64,000 nt of DNA from Anaeramoeba ignava BMAN (Eukaryota > Protista > Anaeramoebae): the NCBI GenBank assembly GCA_028826165.1, contig JAPDFW010000131.1, positions 62,001-126,000 on the forward strand, given 5' to 3'. Positions 52,721-64,000 of this stretch are shown piece by piece. The notes beneath the pieces are model-generated. The model had not been told where the DNA came from. It was given only the letters and a program-made list of their open reading frames with translations, and did not search any database. Position 1 is the stretch's first letter; each line of letters starts with the position of its first letter. Both the position numbers and the translations under genes were made by a program.

Positions 52721-54964
52721 TTACAATTTTTTTGATTTTCATTTTAAACACATTTTTGATGCTTAATTCTGATTAAAATAATTCTCTTTTCATCAATTTC
52801 CCTTATCACAATTCAAAATATGAAAAATTTATGATCTATTTTTTATTTTTTTTTTGGTGCAAACAATTTAGAAGCAAACATAAATCAATTTTATTTATAT
52901 AATTACTTCTCATTATTATGTTTAATTTTCCTTTTTTAATTCAGAATCCCGAAATAATTACACTGAAATATTCATTCCCATTTTTTCATTTTTTTGATTC
53001 TCTTTAAAATATTTTTCTGCTTCATAAATCCTCACTTTCTTCAAGTTAACTATCTTTTTTTTTATTTAATTTCTTTTTTTCTTATTTCTTCTCCTAATTA
53101 CTTTTCTCATTTTGTTTTATTTAATATATCTTTTTCATTCTCAAAAAAAATTATTTGCTCTTAATTGTTATTCTTTTTCATATTTTTTCTTAAATTAGAT
53201 ATTTCATCTATCTTTGCTTTTGATTATTTTTTACCATTTAATTAATTTTTTATTTTCCAACTCTATTTTCACTTATTATTTTATCAATCTATTCAGATCA
53301 TTTGCAAATAATATCTCACAAATTTAAGATGAATTTTTCCTTTATTCCAATAATTCAAAAAAGTTATCAAGTTTAAATTTCCAAAAAGCTCTCAATTTTT
53401 TCTTCAAGATATTTAAATTTTAATTTTATGTCTTGCTCTTTTTAATTTAATTCTCTTTTTCTAAATTTTGATTACTCAGCTCTAAAAAATATCATTTTTT
53501 CAATAAAGAAATATCAAGTTTTTTTATTTACTTTTTTTAAATATTAATTACAAACATGTAATAGTAATTTTGGAAATTCATTTTTGTTGTTTATTCTCTA
53601 CTTTTTATTGTATTCAAAAATGAAATAAATTGAGTAAATTCAAAATACTCATATTTTCTTTTTTTTTGTTGTCTCAAATAAAATCTTAAGTTTTAATATT
53701 TTTAATAAATATCTCCCAGAAATATTCTTTTATTATTTGATTTTTAATTGATTTATATTCCTGAAGCTTTAATTATAAGTTTTATTTTCTTGATTAAATC
53801 ATATTAAATAATTTCATAAATTATTAAAATATTCTTTTATTATTTTCGATAATTAATTCTATATTCATAAAAGTTTTTTTGTAATATTTTTTTATATTTA
53901 TTTATTTTAGAATGTTTTATTTTTTTAATCTTAATTTTTATCTTCACAAATCAAAAATTAAATTAAAAAAATAAAATCGGAAAAAAATAATAAAATAAAG
54001 ATTTTTCTTAAAGTTTATAATTTAAAAGAAATTCCAATTTAATCAAAAAAAAACTATTTTTATTATGATTGAATGAATTTTAAATTATAAATTTTTTTTA
54101 TTTAATTATTTAATTCAAAAAATCAAATTGTTTTTTAATTTAAAGTTTCCATTTTTATTTTTTTTGGAGTTTAATTTTCATTTACTTTGATAGAAATATA
54201 AAGATTTTATCAATTTATAGAATTCAGTTTAATATTATATTCATTGTTTAAAAATTCTGAAAATTATTTCAAATTAGAGAATTAGAAAGAATTAAATCAA
54301 TTTTAATCTGAATCAAAATCTAATTTCACTTTTGTTATTATTAATTTTATAATTGAATTGAAACCATTTCATTCTTTTTTTTGATAAATTTGATTTTAAT
54401 TAAGAAATAAAATATATTTAAAACATCTCTTATGACTCTCTAATATTTATTTTTTAAATAATATATTAAATTAATCCTTAAATATTTCTTGATTTTTTTA
54501 TTCCAAATTTTTTTTAAATTCTTTTTTTAAAATTATTCAAAATATCAATTTTCATTCTGATAAATATAAAAATACCTAAATAAGTAAAAATTCTTATTTT
54601 AATTAATATCTGAAATCAAATTACAAATTAATTATTTATTAAAATTATTAAAAATAGTTGAAATAAATTTATTAATTTTTTTTAATTTCTTTTCAAAATT
54701 TATAATATTTAGCATTTGAATATAAGAATTGGAAGAATAAAAATTAAGATAAAAATAAATAAATGTTCATTAATTATAATTTTAAAATTGAATTTGATTT
54801 AATATAAAATATTTATTATCCAAAAAAAGAAAAAAAATGGATTTGATTATTTTTTTTTGAGTTATAAAAATATCATAATTTTTGATTTAAATTGAATAAA
54901 TAATTTCCATTAAAAATTAAATTCAAGTAATTTTAAGAAAATTGGAATTTTTTTTGATTTTTTT

Positions 54965-55780
54965 TGATTTTTTTTCTCAATAAAGAAAATCTATTTAAAA
55001 ACAATTTTATTTCTTTTCTTTTTTTTGTTCTTATTTCTTTTTATACAAAATCTTTAATTAAAATTAGAAAGTTTTTTAATTATTAATTTTATTTTAAATT
55101 TATGTTATTTTATAAATTATTTTTAATTCCAGATTTTTTTTTCAATAAAGAAAATCTATTTAAAAATAATTTTATTTCTTTTCTTTTTGTTCTTATTTCT
55201 TTTTATATAAAATATTTAATTAAAATTAGAAAGTTTTTTAATTTTTAATTTTATTTTAAATTTATGTTATTTTATAAATTATTTTTAATTCCAAATTTTT
55301 TTTTCAATAAAGAAAATCTAATTAAAAATAATTTTATTTCTTTCTTTTTGTTCTTATTTCTTTTTATATAAAATATTTAATTAAAATTAGAAAGTTTTTT
55401 AATTTTTAATTTTATTTTAAATTAATGTTATTTTATAAATTATTTTTAATTCCAATTTTTTTTTTCTCAATAAAGAAAATCTAATTAAAAACAATTTTAT
55501 TTCTTTCTTTTTTGATCTTATTTCTTTTTAATAAAATCTTTAATTAATTTAGAAAGTTTTTTAATTTTTAATTTTATTTTAAATTAATGTTATTTTATAA
55601 ATTATTTTTAATTTCAGATTTTTTTTTTCAATAAAGAAAATATATTTAAAAACAATTTTATTTCTTTCTTTTTTTGTTATTTCTTTTTATATAAAATCTT
55701 TAATTAAAATTGGAAAGTTTTTTAATTATTAATTTTATTTTAAATTAATGTTATTTTATAAATTATTTTTAATTCCAATT
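54965..55780. repeat. Tandem satellite, ~163-bp unit x5, inside the transposon
   Basis: The CAATAAAGAAAAT anchor recurs at 54978, 55143, 55305, 55468, 55629. Confidence 0.92.
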
Positions 55781-56505
55781 TCGTTTTACAATTAGAATCG
55801 AAATAAGATGAAAATGAAATTCCAGAAAAATCGATTTATCAAAAAAATCTATCCCAATTCAAAATGATAAAATTATATAATAGTGAGAGTAATCAATCCT
55901 TTTTTTTCTGTTTTTCCAATGTATCTATCATTATTTCTCTTTTCCATTTTTTTTTCTAATCAAATAATTATGGGAAAATCATCTCATCTTACTTTTACCT
56001 AAAATATTCAATTCAATTCAATTCAATTTAATTTAATTCAATTTAATTCAATTCAATTTAATTTTGAATCGATTTTAATTGATAAATACGTTTTCCGTTT
56101 GTGCAGAACTTATTTCTTTATGATTTTCTCTAGAAATTGAAAAGTCAACAAAAAAATGCAATTAATTGATTTCGAGTTAACATAAGAAGAAAAAAAACAA
56201 AAGAACTTAGAAGCTTTTTCTTCATTTATTATTATTATTGCTCAGTTATGATCCCAATATTTGATTCTTCTTCTCCTTTAAATTAATAAAGAAAAAAAGT
56301 GGAAAAAGAAAATTGTTGAAGATGAATTTTATTAATTGATTCCATGAATTGAAAAAAAAAAAAGAAAAATGAATTTTAAAAAAAAGGGATGAAGAATTAT
56401 TGATCGAGAATATTTTGAATTTCAATCAAAAAAAATCGATTAAAAACCAAGAAAATTCATTAAAATAATTAAAGAAATTGATTGTGTTCTAAGGGATTTC
56501 CCTTT

Positions 56506-58756
56506 TTAATCCTCATCTGAATCTGTTTCAGAATTTGAATTTGATCTTGATTTGAAATCTGAATCTGAATTTGAATCTGAATCTGAATCTGAATCTGAAT
56601 TTGAATTTGAATTTGATTCTGAATCTGAATCTGAATCTGAATTTGAATCTGAATTTGATTTTGAATCTGATTCTGAATTTGAATTTGATTTTAATTTTGG
56701 TTTTGGTTTTGAATCTGAATCTGAATTTGAATCTGATCTTGATTTTAATTTTGATTCTGATTTTGATTTTGATTTTGATTTTGGTTTTGATTTTGATTTT
56801 GATTTTGATTTTGATTTTGATTTTGATTTTGATTTTGATTTTTGATTTTGGTTTTAATTTTAGCTTTCTTTTTTTTCCTTTTTCTGAATGTGAATTTGAA
56901 TTCAAAATATTTAAATTGTAATCATCATTTCTTTTTGGGATTCTTTTTGATTTTCTTTGTAGAATTTTTTTTGATTTTAAAATTGAATTAGTTTTCGAAA
57001 TGGAACTAAAATCAATATTAGACTCAATACCAACATTTGTTTCCTTTTTCTTTTTTTCTTTTTCTTTTTCTTTTTCTTTTTCATTTTCATTTTCTTTTTC
57101 ATTTTGTTTTTGTTTTTGTTTTTGTTTTTCATTTTGTTTTTCATTTTGTTTTTCATTTTGTTTTTCATTTTGTTTTTGTTTTTGTTTTTGTTTTTGGTTT
57201 GATATTGTTTTGCTTCTTGTTTTTCTTGTGAGTTTTTCTTTTTCTTTTTCTTTTTCTTTTTCATTTTCATTTTGGTTTTGATTTTCTTTTTCTTTTTCTT
57301 TTTCTTTTTCATTTTCATTTTGGTTTTGATTTTCATTTTCTTTTGCAAATTGTTGTTTGGATATTTGGGAATTCATGTAATCTGAATCTGAATCTGAATC
57401 TGAATCTGAAAGAAACTCAAAATCTTCATCAAATTCAAAATCTTCATCAATTTCAAAATCAGGATCTAAATATGGATGATTGAGAAAAAGTGAATTTGAA
57501 TTTGAATTTGAATTTGAATTTGAATTTGAATTTGAATTTGAATTTTCAGAACTGAAATCAAAATTTCCATCTCTCGATATTGTGGTAGACCATCTTGTTT
57601 GCCAATACTTTTCTTCTTGTGCTAGATGCGCAGAGAATGACTCCAAATTTGTTCTTGATGTGGGGAAAATATCATTTAATCTCCTGTTATAACGCTCGAC
57701 ACATCCATTGGTTCTTTTTATTTCCTTAGGCAGTTCACTATAGTTCCACATCTGTGATCTGAGATCAGACATAAAAGTTGTACGGAAATATCTAAACACT
57801 CTTTCCTGATTCGGAAATTTTTTTTTGAGCTTTTTTACTTTATCTAAGATATTTTCTTGAGGCACAAATGGTAGTTTTTGTAACTTTCTTTTTAATTTTT
57901 TATGTATAGGTTCATTCAATCCTAGTTCTTGAAATTTTCTATTTAAACATTGACAATAATGAAAATAACACCCAATGATTTTTGAGTTAGGAAAAATCCG
58001 ATCCAGTGACTTTTTCAAATTCAATTCAAAATCAATCGTTATATAATCTGGATTAAGATCTGGAATTAGACCGAGAAGCTGAGCAAAGAAAATTAAGTAG
58101 TTTTGGTATGATTTAGTTTCAGTTAAACCATATAAGACAGGATAAAATAAATTGAGTTTGGGTAATTTGGCCATAACGACTATCATTTGTTTAAATCCTT
58201 TTGGAGCCACTTTAAAAGTGCCGTCTATGAAAATTTGTTCAGCCAAGCTTAAATTATAAATCATAGAACTACTAGCCCATATATAAATATTAAATGGTGA
58301 CATTTGCTCCACTCTGAGAAAATCTGTCTTGGAAAGAGTTTGGTGATTTGAAATTCTGGAAATCTTCTTCTTCTTTTTTTTTCCAGATGGCAATCTGATG
58401 TTCTTTACATAGTTCTTAACTTCTTGATGAGATGGAGTAATATAAGCTTTTTCTAAATCTGAATCAATTCTTACACACATTTCTCTATATACTCTATCAG
58501 GAGTGAAAATATTATCCAGCGCTAATTCCTCCACTAAATTCCACAAATCTGCAACTTCTCTGGATTGACTTATCCTTTGGCAAGTTGGTTTATGCTGTCC
58601 ATTTGTAGTGCATTGGAGATTGGGATTATAGAACAATTTGGCAGTCATTCCACACCTTTTTCTACATCTATACCAACCAGTTGTATTAGTAGAGTTGTGT
58701 CTATTCTTGGAAAATGGGTATCCGTCAATTGTAATTTGAGGTTTGAATTTCTTCAT
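56506..58756 (-). CDS. MULE-family DDE transposase with N-terminal FLYWCH/WRKY-like zinc finger and low-complexity tail (1-nt slip near 56840; ORF track ends 56528, corrected stop 56506)
   Basis: IDGYPF..WYRC...C...H..C; IFIDGTFK (D1), YITIDFE (D2), GCYFH (CxxH), RTNGCVERYNRRL (E). Confidence 0.92.
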
Positions 58757-59889
58757 AAAAAATTTTTTTTTAAATCAAAAATCAAAAATGAAAAATAAAA
58801 TCAAAAATAAAAAATGAAAAATGAAATTGTTAGAATTGCTTTTTCAGTTTGATTTGAGAGATATTTTAGTTCATTTTTATTGCAAAATTTGTTTTGTTTG
58901 TTTTTTTTTTAATTTTATCATCATTAACGAAAAAAGGAAAAATTCAAACCGTTAAATTTCAAATCTTAGTTATTCGAATACTTTAAATAATAAATAATTG
59001 AGAATATAATTGAATATCATTTTTAAATTTTGAATTGATGAATTTTCTTTATTTAGAATTATAATTTAATAATTCTAATAATGATATTCGAATAATAAAA
59101 TATTTTAAATTTGAGAGATTCCAAAACCAAATTGATTAATTTTTTATTAAATTTTTATTCAAGAAATAACAATAATAAATCAATAATTTTGTTTTAAATT
59201 ATCCTTTCAATGATTTCTTCCTTTAATAATAAATTTAATTAAAATCAAATTTTGTTAAATTGTGGATTGAAAAGAACATAAATTGGATTTTTTTATTATT
59301 TAGTTTTAATTAACATAGAACAACTATAAATCAATTTTTAATCAGAGATTCAAGTATTTTCCAATATTTCTTGTTGAATTCAGAACAAAAAAAAACAAAA
59401 TATTGATTTTTTCTAATCCATTTTTTCTCAATTTTTTCCCAATTTTTTTGCTAACTAAAAATAGTTTATCAAATTTATATCTTCAATTACTTATAAAAAT
59501 AATAATTCTAATCAATATATTCTTTCTTAAATATACTTTTAATTATAATTTATAATATTATTTGTAATTAAAAAATTATTAATCATTGTTTTATTTGAAA
59601 ATCCAAATTTTTTTATTTTTTCAAATTTTATTAAAGTTATATAGTTATTGAAATATCTTTTGAATAGATATTCATTTAAAAAATCTTTTCTAAATTACAA
59701 GTTAAACCATTTACTAAATTTTTACAAAAAAAAACATTTTTTCATTTTTTCATTTTTTCATTTTTTTCTTTATTTAATTTATTTTTCCTTTTCATTTTTA
59801 TTTATGTTCTTTTGTTTTCAGTGCTTTTTTTTTTGTGCATATTCTTTGATTTACTTATTTCGTTTTATTTAGAATTTGTATAAACATTT

Positions 59890-60712
59890 TCTTTAATTAA
59901 TAATTTAATAAATAAATTAATTAATAATTTAATAAATAATTTAATTAATAATTTAATTAATAATTTAATAAATAATTTAATAAATAATTTAATAAATAAT
60001 TTAATAAATAATTTAATAAATAATTTAATAAATAATTTAATAAATAATTTAATAAATAATTTAATAAATAATTTAATAAATAATTTAATAAATAATTTAA
60101 TAAATAATTTAATAAATAATTTAATTAATAAATTTAATAAATAATTTAATAAATAATTTAATTTAATAAATTAATAAATAATTTAATTAATAATTTAATA
60201 AATAATTTAATAAATAATTTAATAAATAATTTAATAAATAATTTAATAAATAAATTAATAAATAATTTAATTAATAATTTAATTAATAATTTAATAAATA
60301 ATTTAATAAATAATTTAATAAATAATTTAATAAATAATTTAATTAATAATTTAATAAATAATTTAATAATTTAATAAATAATTTAATAAATAATAATTTA
60401 ATAAATAATTTAATAAATAATTTAATAAATAATTTAATAAATAATTTAATAAATAATTTAATAAATAATTTAATTAAATAATTTAATTAATTTAATAAAT
60501 AATTTAATAAATAATTTATTAATAATAATTTAATAAATAATTTAATTAATAATTTAATAAATAATTTAATTAATAATTTAATTAATAATTTAATAAATAA
60601 TTTAATAAATAATTTAATTAATAATTTAATAAATAATTTAATAAATAATTTAATTAATAATTTAATAATAATTTAATAAATAATTTAATTAATAATTTAA
60701 TTAATAATTTAA
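59890..60712. repeat. 12-mer minisatellite (AATAAATAATTT) inside the transposon
   Basis: Direct reading of the tandem units. Confidence 0.92.
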
Positions 60713-63621
60713 AAAATTGATTCTAAATGTTATTTTCAATAATTTCAAGATTGAATTCTTATATCATTATCCAAAAAAAGCTTGAAAAAGAAAACAAGAA
60801 TTAAAATGTAAATTATGAATTCGTAAAGAATAATCAGGATGAAAAAGGAAAAAGAAAACTGTAAATATATTGGATCAGAAAACAAAAATCTTAATTAAAA
60901 ACAAACTGAAAAATAAAAAGAACATCATATATAATACTAATGAATTTAAATCAAAAATTCAAAAAACAAAATGGAAATTATTCAAATCAAATTGGAAAAA
61001 GAAAAAGAATTAAAATGAAACATTTTTTGAAGATAAATTTTTTCTGTTGAAAATATACTAAAACAATATTAAAATTATTGGGTTTTGTTTTAAAGAAGTT
61101 TTGATAAGAAATTTCATCTATTCTTTATTTTATTCATCAATTTATTATCAAAATCAAATGTGGTTAAATTTGTTGGATAGAAAAAAAAACAATTTTTAAA
61201 TTGAACCTTTTTTCTTTATATTTATGGAATAAATCAATGAAATCATCAATAAAGAATAAGAATTACATAAATTTATTTAAAAATGGATTTTCAAATAAAT
61301 TTAATATAATTAATTAATTATTATTTGATTATAAATAAAACAAATTATCTTCAAATTTTTTCCTTTTTTTAATAATTTGAAATAAGAAAATGTAAAAAAA
61401 AATTATTTTAAAAAGATAAGAATTGGTTTATATTTTGATTGAAATGATTGTATTTGTGAATATTTATTAACTTAAGATTTAATGAAAATGATTTTAATTT
61501 TTTTATTTCCAAATATAAATAAATTTTAATTTAAATAAATCAAAAAGAAAAGGAACTAATTTTTTGGAAGAATTTTCAATAATTTCAAATAATATTATAT
61601 TTAGAAATATTAATCAAAACATTGATTTATAAAAGAATATTTGTTTGATTCTTTGTTTTATAATTGAAATTAAATTAAAAAATGAAAAAAAATAATTTGC
61701 AATTTTCGTTCCAATTTTCATTTTGATTTTTATTAAAATTATAAAAAGAATTTGGAAATAAAATCATTTATAAAATAACAATAATTTAAAAGGAAATAAA
61801 GAGTTAAAAAACTTTCCAAAATTAATTAAATATTTTATATAAAAAAAACTTAAAAGAAAAAATAATTCAATAACTTTTTTGATTTTAAATTATTTATTTA
61901 AATTTTCCTTTTTAAAAAAAAAATTTCAATTTTCTTAAAATTATCTGAATATAATTTTTAATGCAAAATACTTATTCAATTTAATTCAAAAATATGGATA
62001 TTTGGTTTATTATAATAAAAATAATTAATATTAATTTTATTGTTTATCCTGGATAATAAATATTTGATAATATAATTAAATTGATTCTTTAAATTATAAA
62101 TTGTTAATGTTTATTTATTTAGATTTTAGTTTTAATGATTTCAATTTTAATATTTAAATTATCAATAATATTCATTTTCAATAAATATTAAATTAATTTG
62201 ATTACTTTATTTCCATTATTTTAAATAATTTTAAATTATAATATATTTATAAATTTTAATTAAAATACTCTCTTAAAAAATAATATTTGTTTAATTTATT
62301 AATTTTAAATTAAAAATTATTTTAAAAACATTTAAATTAATTTTTCATTTTCATTTTATTTTTGATTCTTAATTTAAATTATAAACAAAATTTGAAATTC
62401 AAATAATTTATAAAATAATAAGAATTCATAATAAAATGAGAAATTGAAAAAGTTTAGAAAATTAAATTAAAAAATTTTTTAAAAGAAACAAGAAAAAAAA
62501 TGAAATTTTCTTTTTCCAATCAAAAAAAAATATAAATTAATTTTTTACAATTATTAATAAATAAAAAGTTGAGAACTGATTTTGGAATTTGAGATATTTT
62601 TATTTATTTGCAATTGTTTCAAACCAAGAAATTGTAAAAAAAAGCATTTTAGAAAACGAGAAAAAAACCAAAAAAAAAAGAAAAATAAAGAAAAAATAAA
62701 TTATTCCTTTAATATTTTATTTATAAGAAAATTGATTATGAATTCAAAAATATCTCTTAGATCTTTTTTTATTCATTAATTAGATATAAATGATTAAAAA
62801 AAAAGTGATAGGTTTATTTCACTAAAATTCCACAAAATTAAGAAAAAAAAATAATTCAGTTTTCTTCAAATTCAAATTGAGTTAAGTTTCTCTCAATTCT
62901 AAACTTTAAATATAAATTTAAAGAATTCATAGACAATAAATCTAATCTTGAATTAAGTTTAAAACCTTTTTAAAATCTGAATAATTCTCAGAGAGTGAAA
63001 GAAAATCTAATTTGAAAAAAATCAAATTGAAAACTGGAGATTCAAAATTATTTTTATTTTTGAATTAAGATCATTAAATAAAAGAAATTTATTAATTAAA
63101 TAATCATTCAAATGTATTGAAAAAAATCGTTATTTTGATTATCAAAAAATTTGGGCAATTTCAGACTTTAGGAAATTTCAGATAAATTGAGATTGACCTC
63201 ATATTTTTCATTTAAATCATTAAATTTAAGAAAATTATAATTATTTAAAAATAACCCTTTTTACCAAATTCATTAATCTGTGATAAAATATTTTTTCATA
63301 AAAACAAAAGGAAAATTTAATTGAAAATTTGTGATATCAAAAAAAATCAATTTTGATTTTAAATAAAATAAATAATTTATTTGAAATAAAACATCTCAAT
63401 TTTGATTTAATCCAAAAAAGATTCCTCTTGACCTATTCATTTTTACTTATTGTGGATATTTGAAAAAAAAGTTGGCTATTTTTTATTATTATTCTGGATT
63501 TATAAAAAAAGTAAAATTAAAAATTGTGCAGTAAAATGTTTTTAAATTAAAAAATAAAGAAGATTTTGAAATTGAATAAAAAGTTAAACATATTGAAAAA
63601 AATTGATATTTTATTTAAGAT

Positions 63622-63674
63622 GAAAAATAGACAATAGTAGGCAGTAGATCAAAATAGGCAAAATTCCTATTTCC
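63622..63674 (-). repeat. Right terminal inverted repeat
   Basis: Reverse complement reads GGAAATAGGAATTTTGCCTATTTTGATCTACTGCCTACTATTGTCTATTTTT. Confidence 0.85.
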
Positions 63675-63676
63675 TA

Positions 63677-64000
63677 GAATATTTAAATGAAAGAGATTCA
63701 TATCAAAATATTGAAAAAATCCAAATTGAAGAAAATATTCAAAAAATAACTTTTGGTTATCAAGATAATGAAGCTATTTTAACAATAGAAGGAAATGTAT
63801 TTGCCAAAGGAATAGATATTAATCCAAATAATCCAAAAGAATTTATCAATATTTCATCATTAATTGAAGATACAAATGATAGAATAATTGAAAATATTGT
63901 TTCTGGAGCTAATTCAATTTACTTATTAACTTCAAATCAAAATGCTTATGGAATTGGTTCAAACTCTTATGGTCAACTTGGTTTTGATTATCAAATCCTT
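63677..64000 (+). pseudogene. 3' continuation of the interrupted RCC1-repeat gene (runs off the window)
   Basis: Open frame EYLNERDSYQNIEKIQIEENIQKITFG...ILTIEGNVFAKG...IENIVSGANSIYLLTSNQNAYGIGSNSYGQLG shows the RCC1 repeat signature. Confidence 0.85.

Larger units (their letters stand above)
52667..63674 (-). mobile_element. Mutator-like (MULE) DNA transposon, 11,008 bp, imperfect ~50-bp TIRs, 8-bp TSD TAGAATAT
   Basis: TAGAATAT at 52659-52666 and 63675-63682. Ends are GG...CC. A 21-bp perfect inverted core CCTATTTTGATCTACTGCCTA lies at 52684-52704 and 63638-63658. Internal MULE transposase. The flanks rejoin as one reading frame. Confidence 0.9.

Noticed and set aside
59648-59872. Short ORFs in the transposon arms (59648-59872, 62582-62779)
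   Set aside because: TTG starts, composition-driven F/K-rich text and no motifs.

Overview
Extremely AT-rich, intron-containing eukaryotic (protist) DNA. The low-complexity proteins, BTB and RCC1 family genes and Inr-like promoters resemble a metamonad such as Anaeramoeba; this is an inference only. Bases 1-52.4 kb hold spliced host genes that I reconstructed exon by exon: a PX-BAR sorting nexin, WDR7/rabconnectin-3beta, TOR kinase (huge low-complexity FAT-FRB insert, no FATC end), three Rabs (one is Rab24), myotubularin, PELP1/Rix1, Derlin, a CAP-Gly protein, a frameshifted BTB gene between two satellites, a secreted GH130 glycosidase, an NSS/SLC6 transporter and NDC80. The best-supported surprise is an ~11.0-kb Mutator-like DNA transposon (52667-63674) with imperfect ~50-bp TIRs, an 8-bp TSD (TAGAATAT) and a DDE transposase. 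It sits inside an RCC1-repeat reading frame that rejoins in frame when the element is removed, and it appears to carry decayed cargo. Other recurring signals are a strand-specific TTTTTCATTTTT Inr-like motif before most genes, Myb/M3-like AACCGTT boxes at NDC80 and the transposase, and long introns built almost entirely of satellites, several sharing an oriented AAAATTCATTTATAAAATT motif. Several frameshifts fall in homopolymers or repeats and may be assembly errors.
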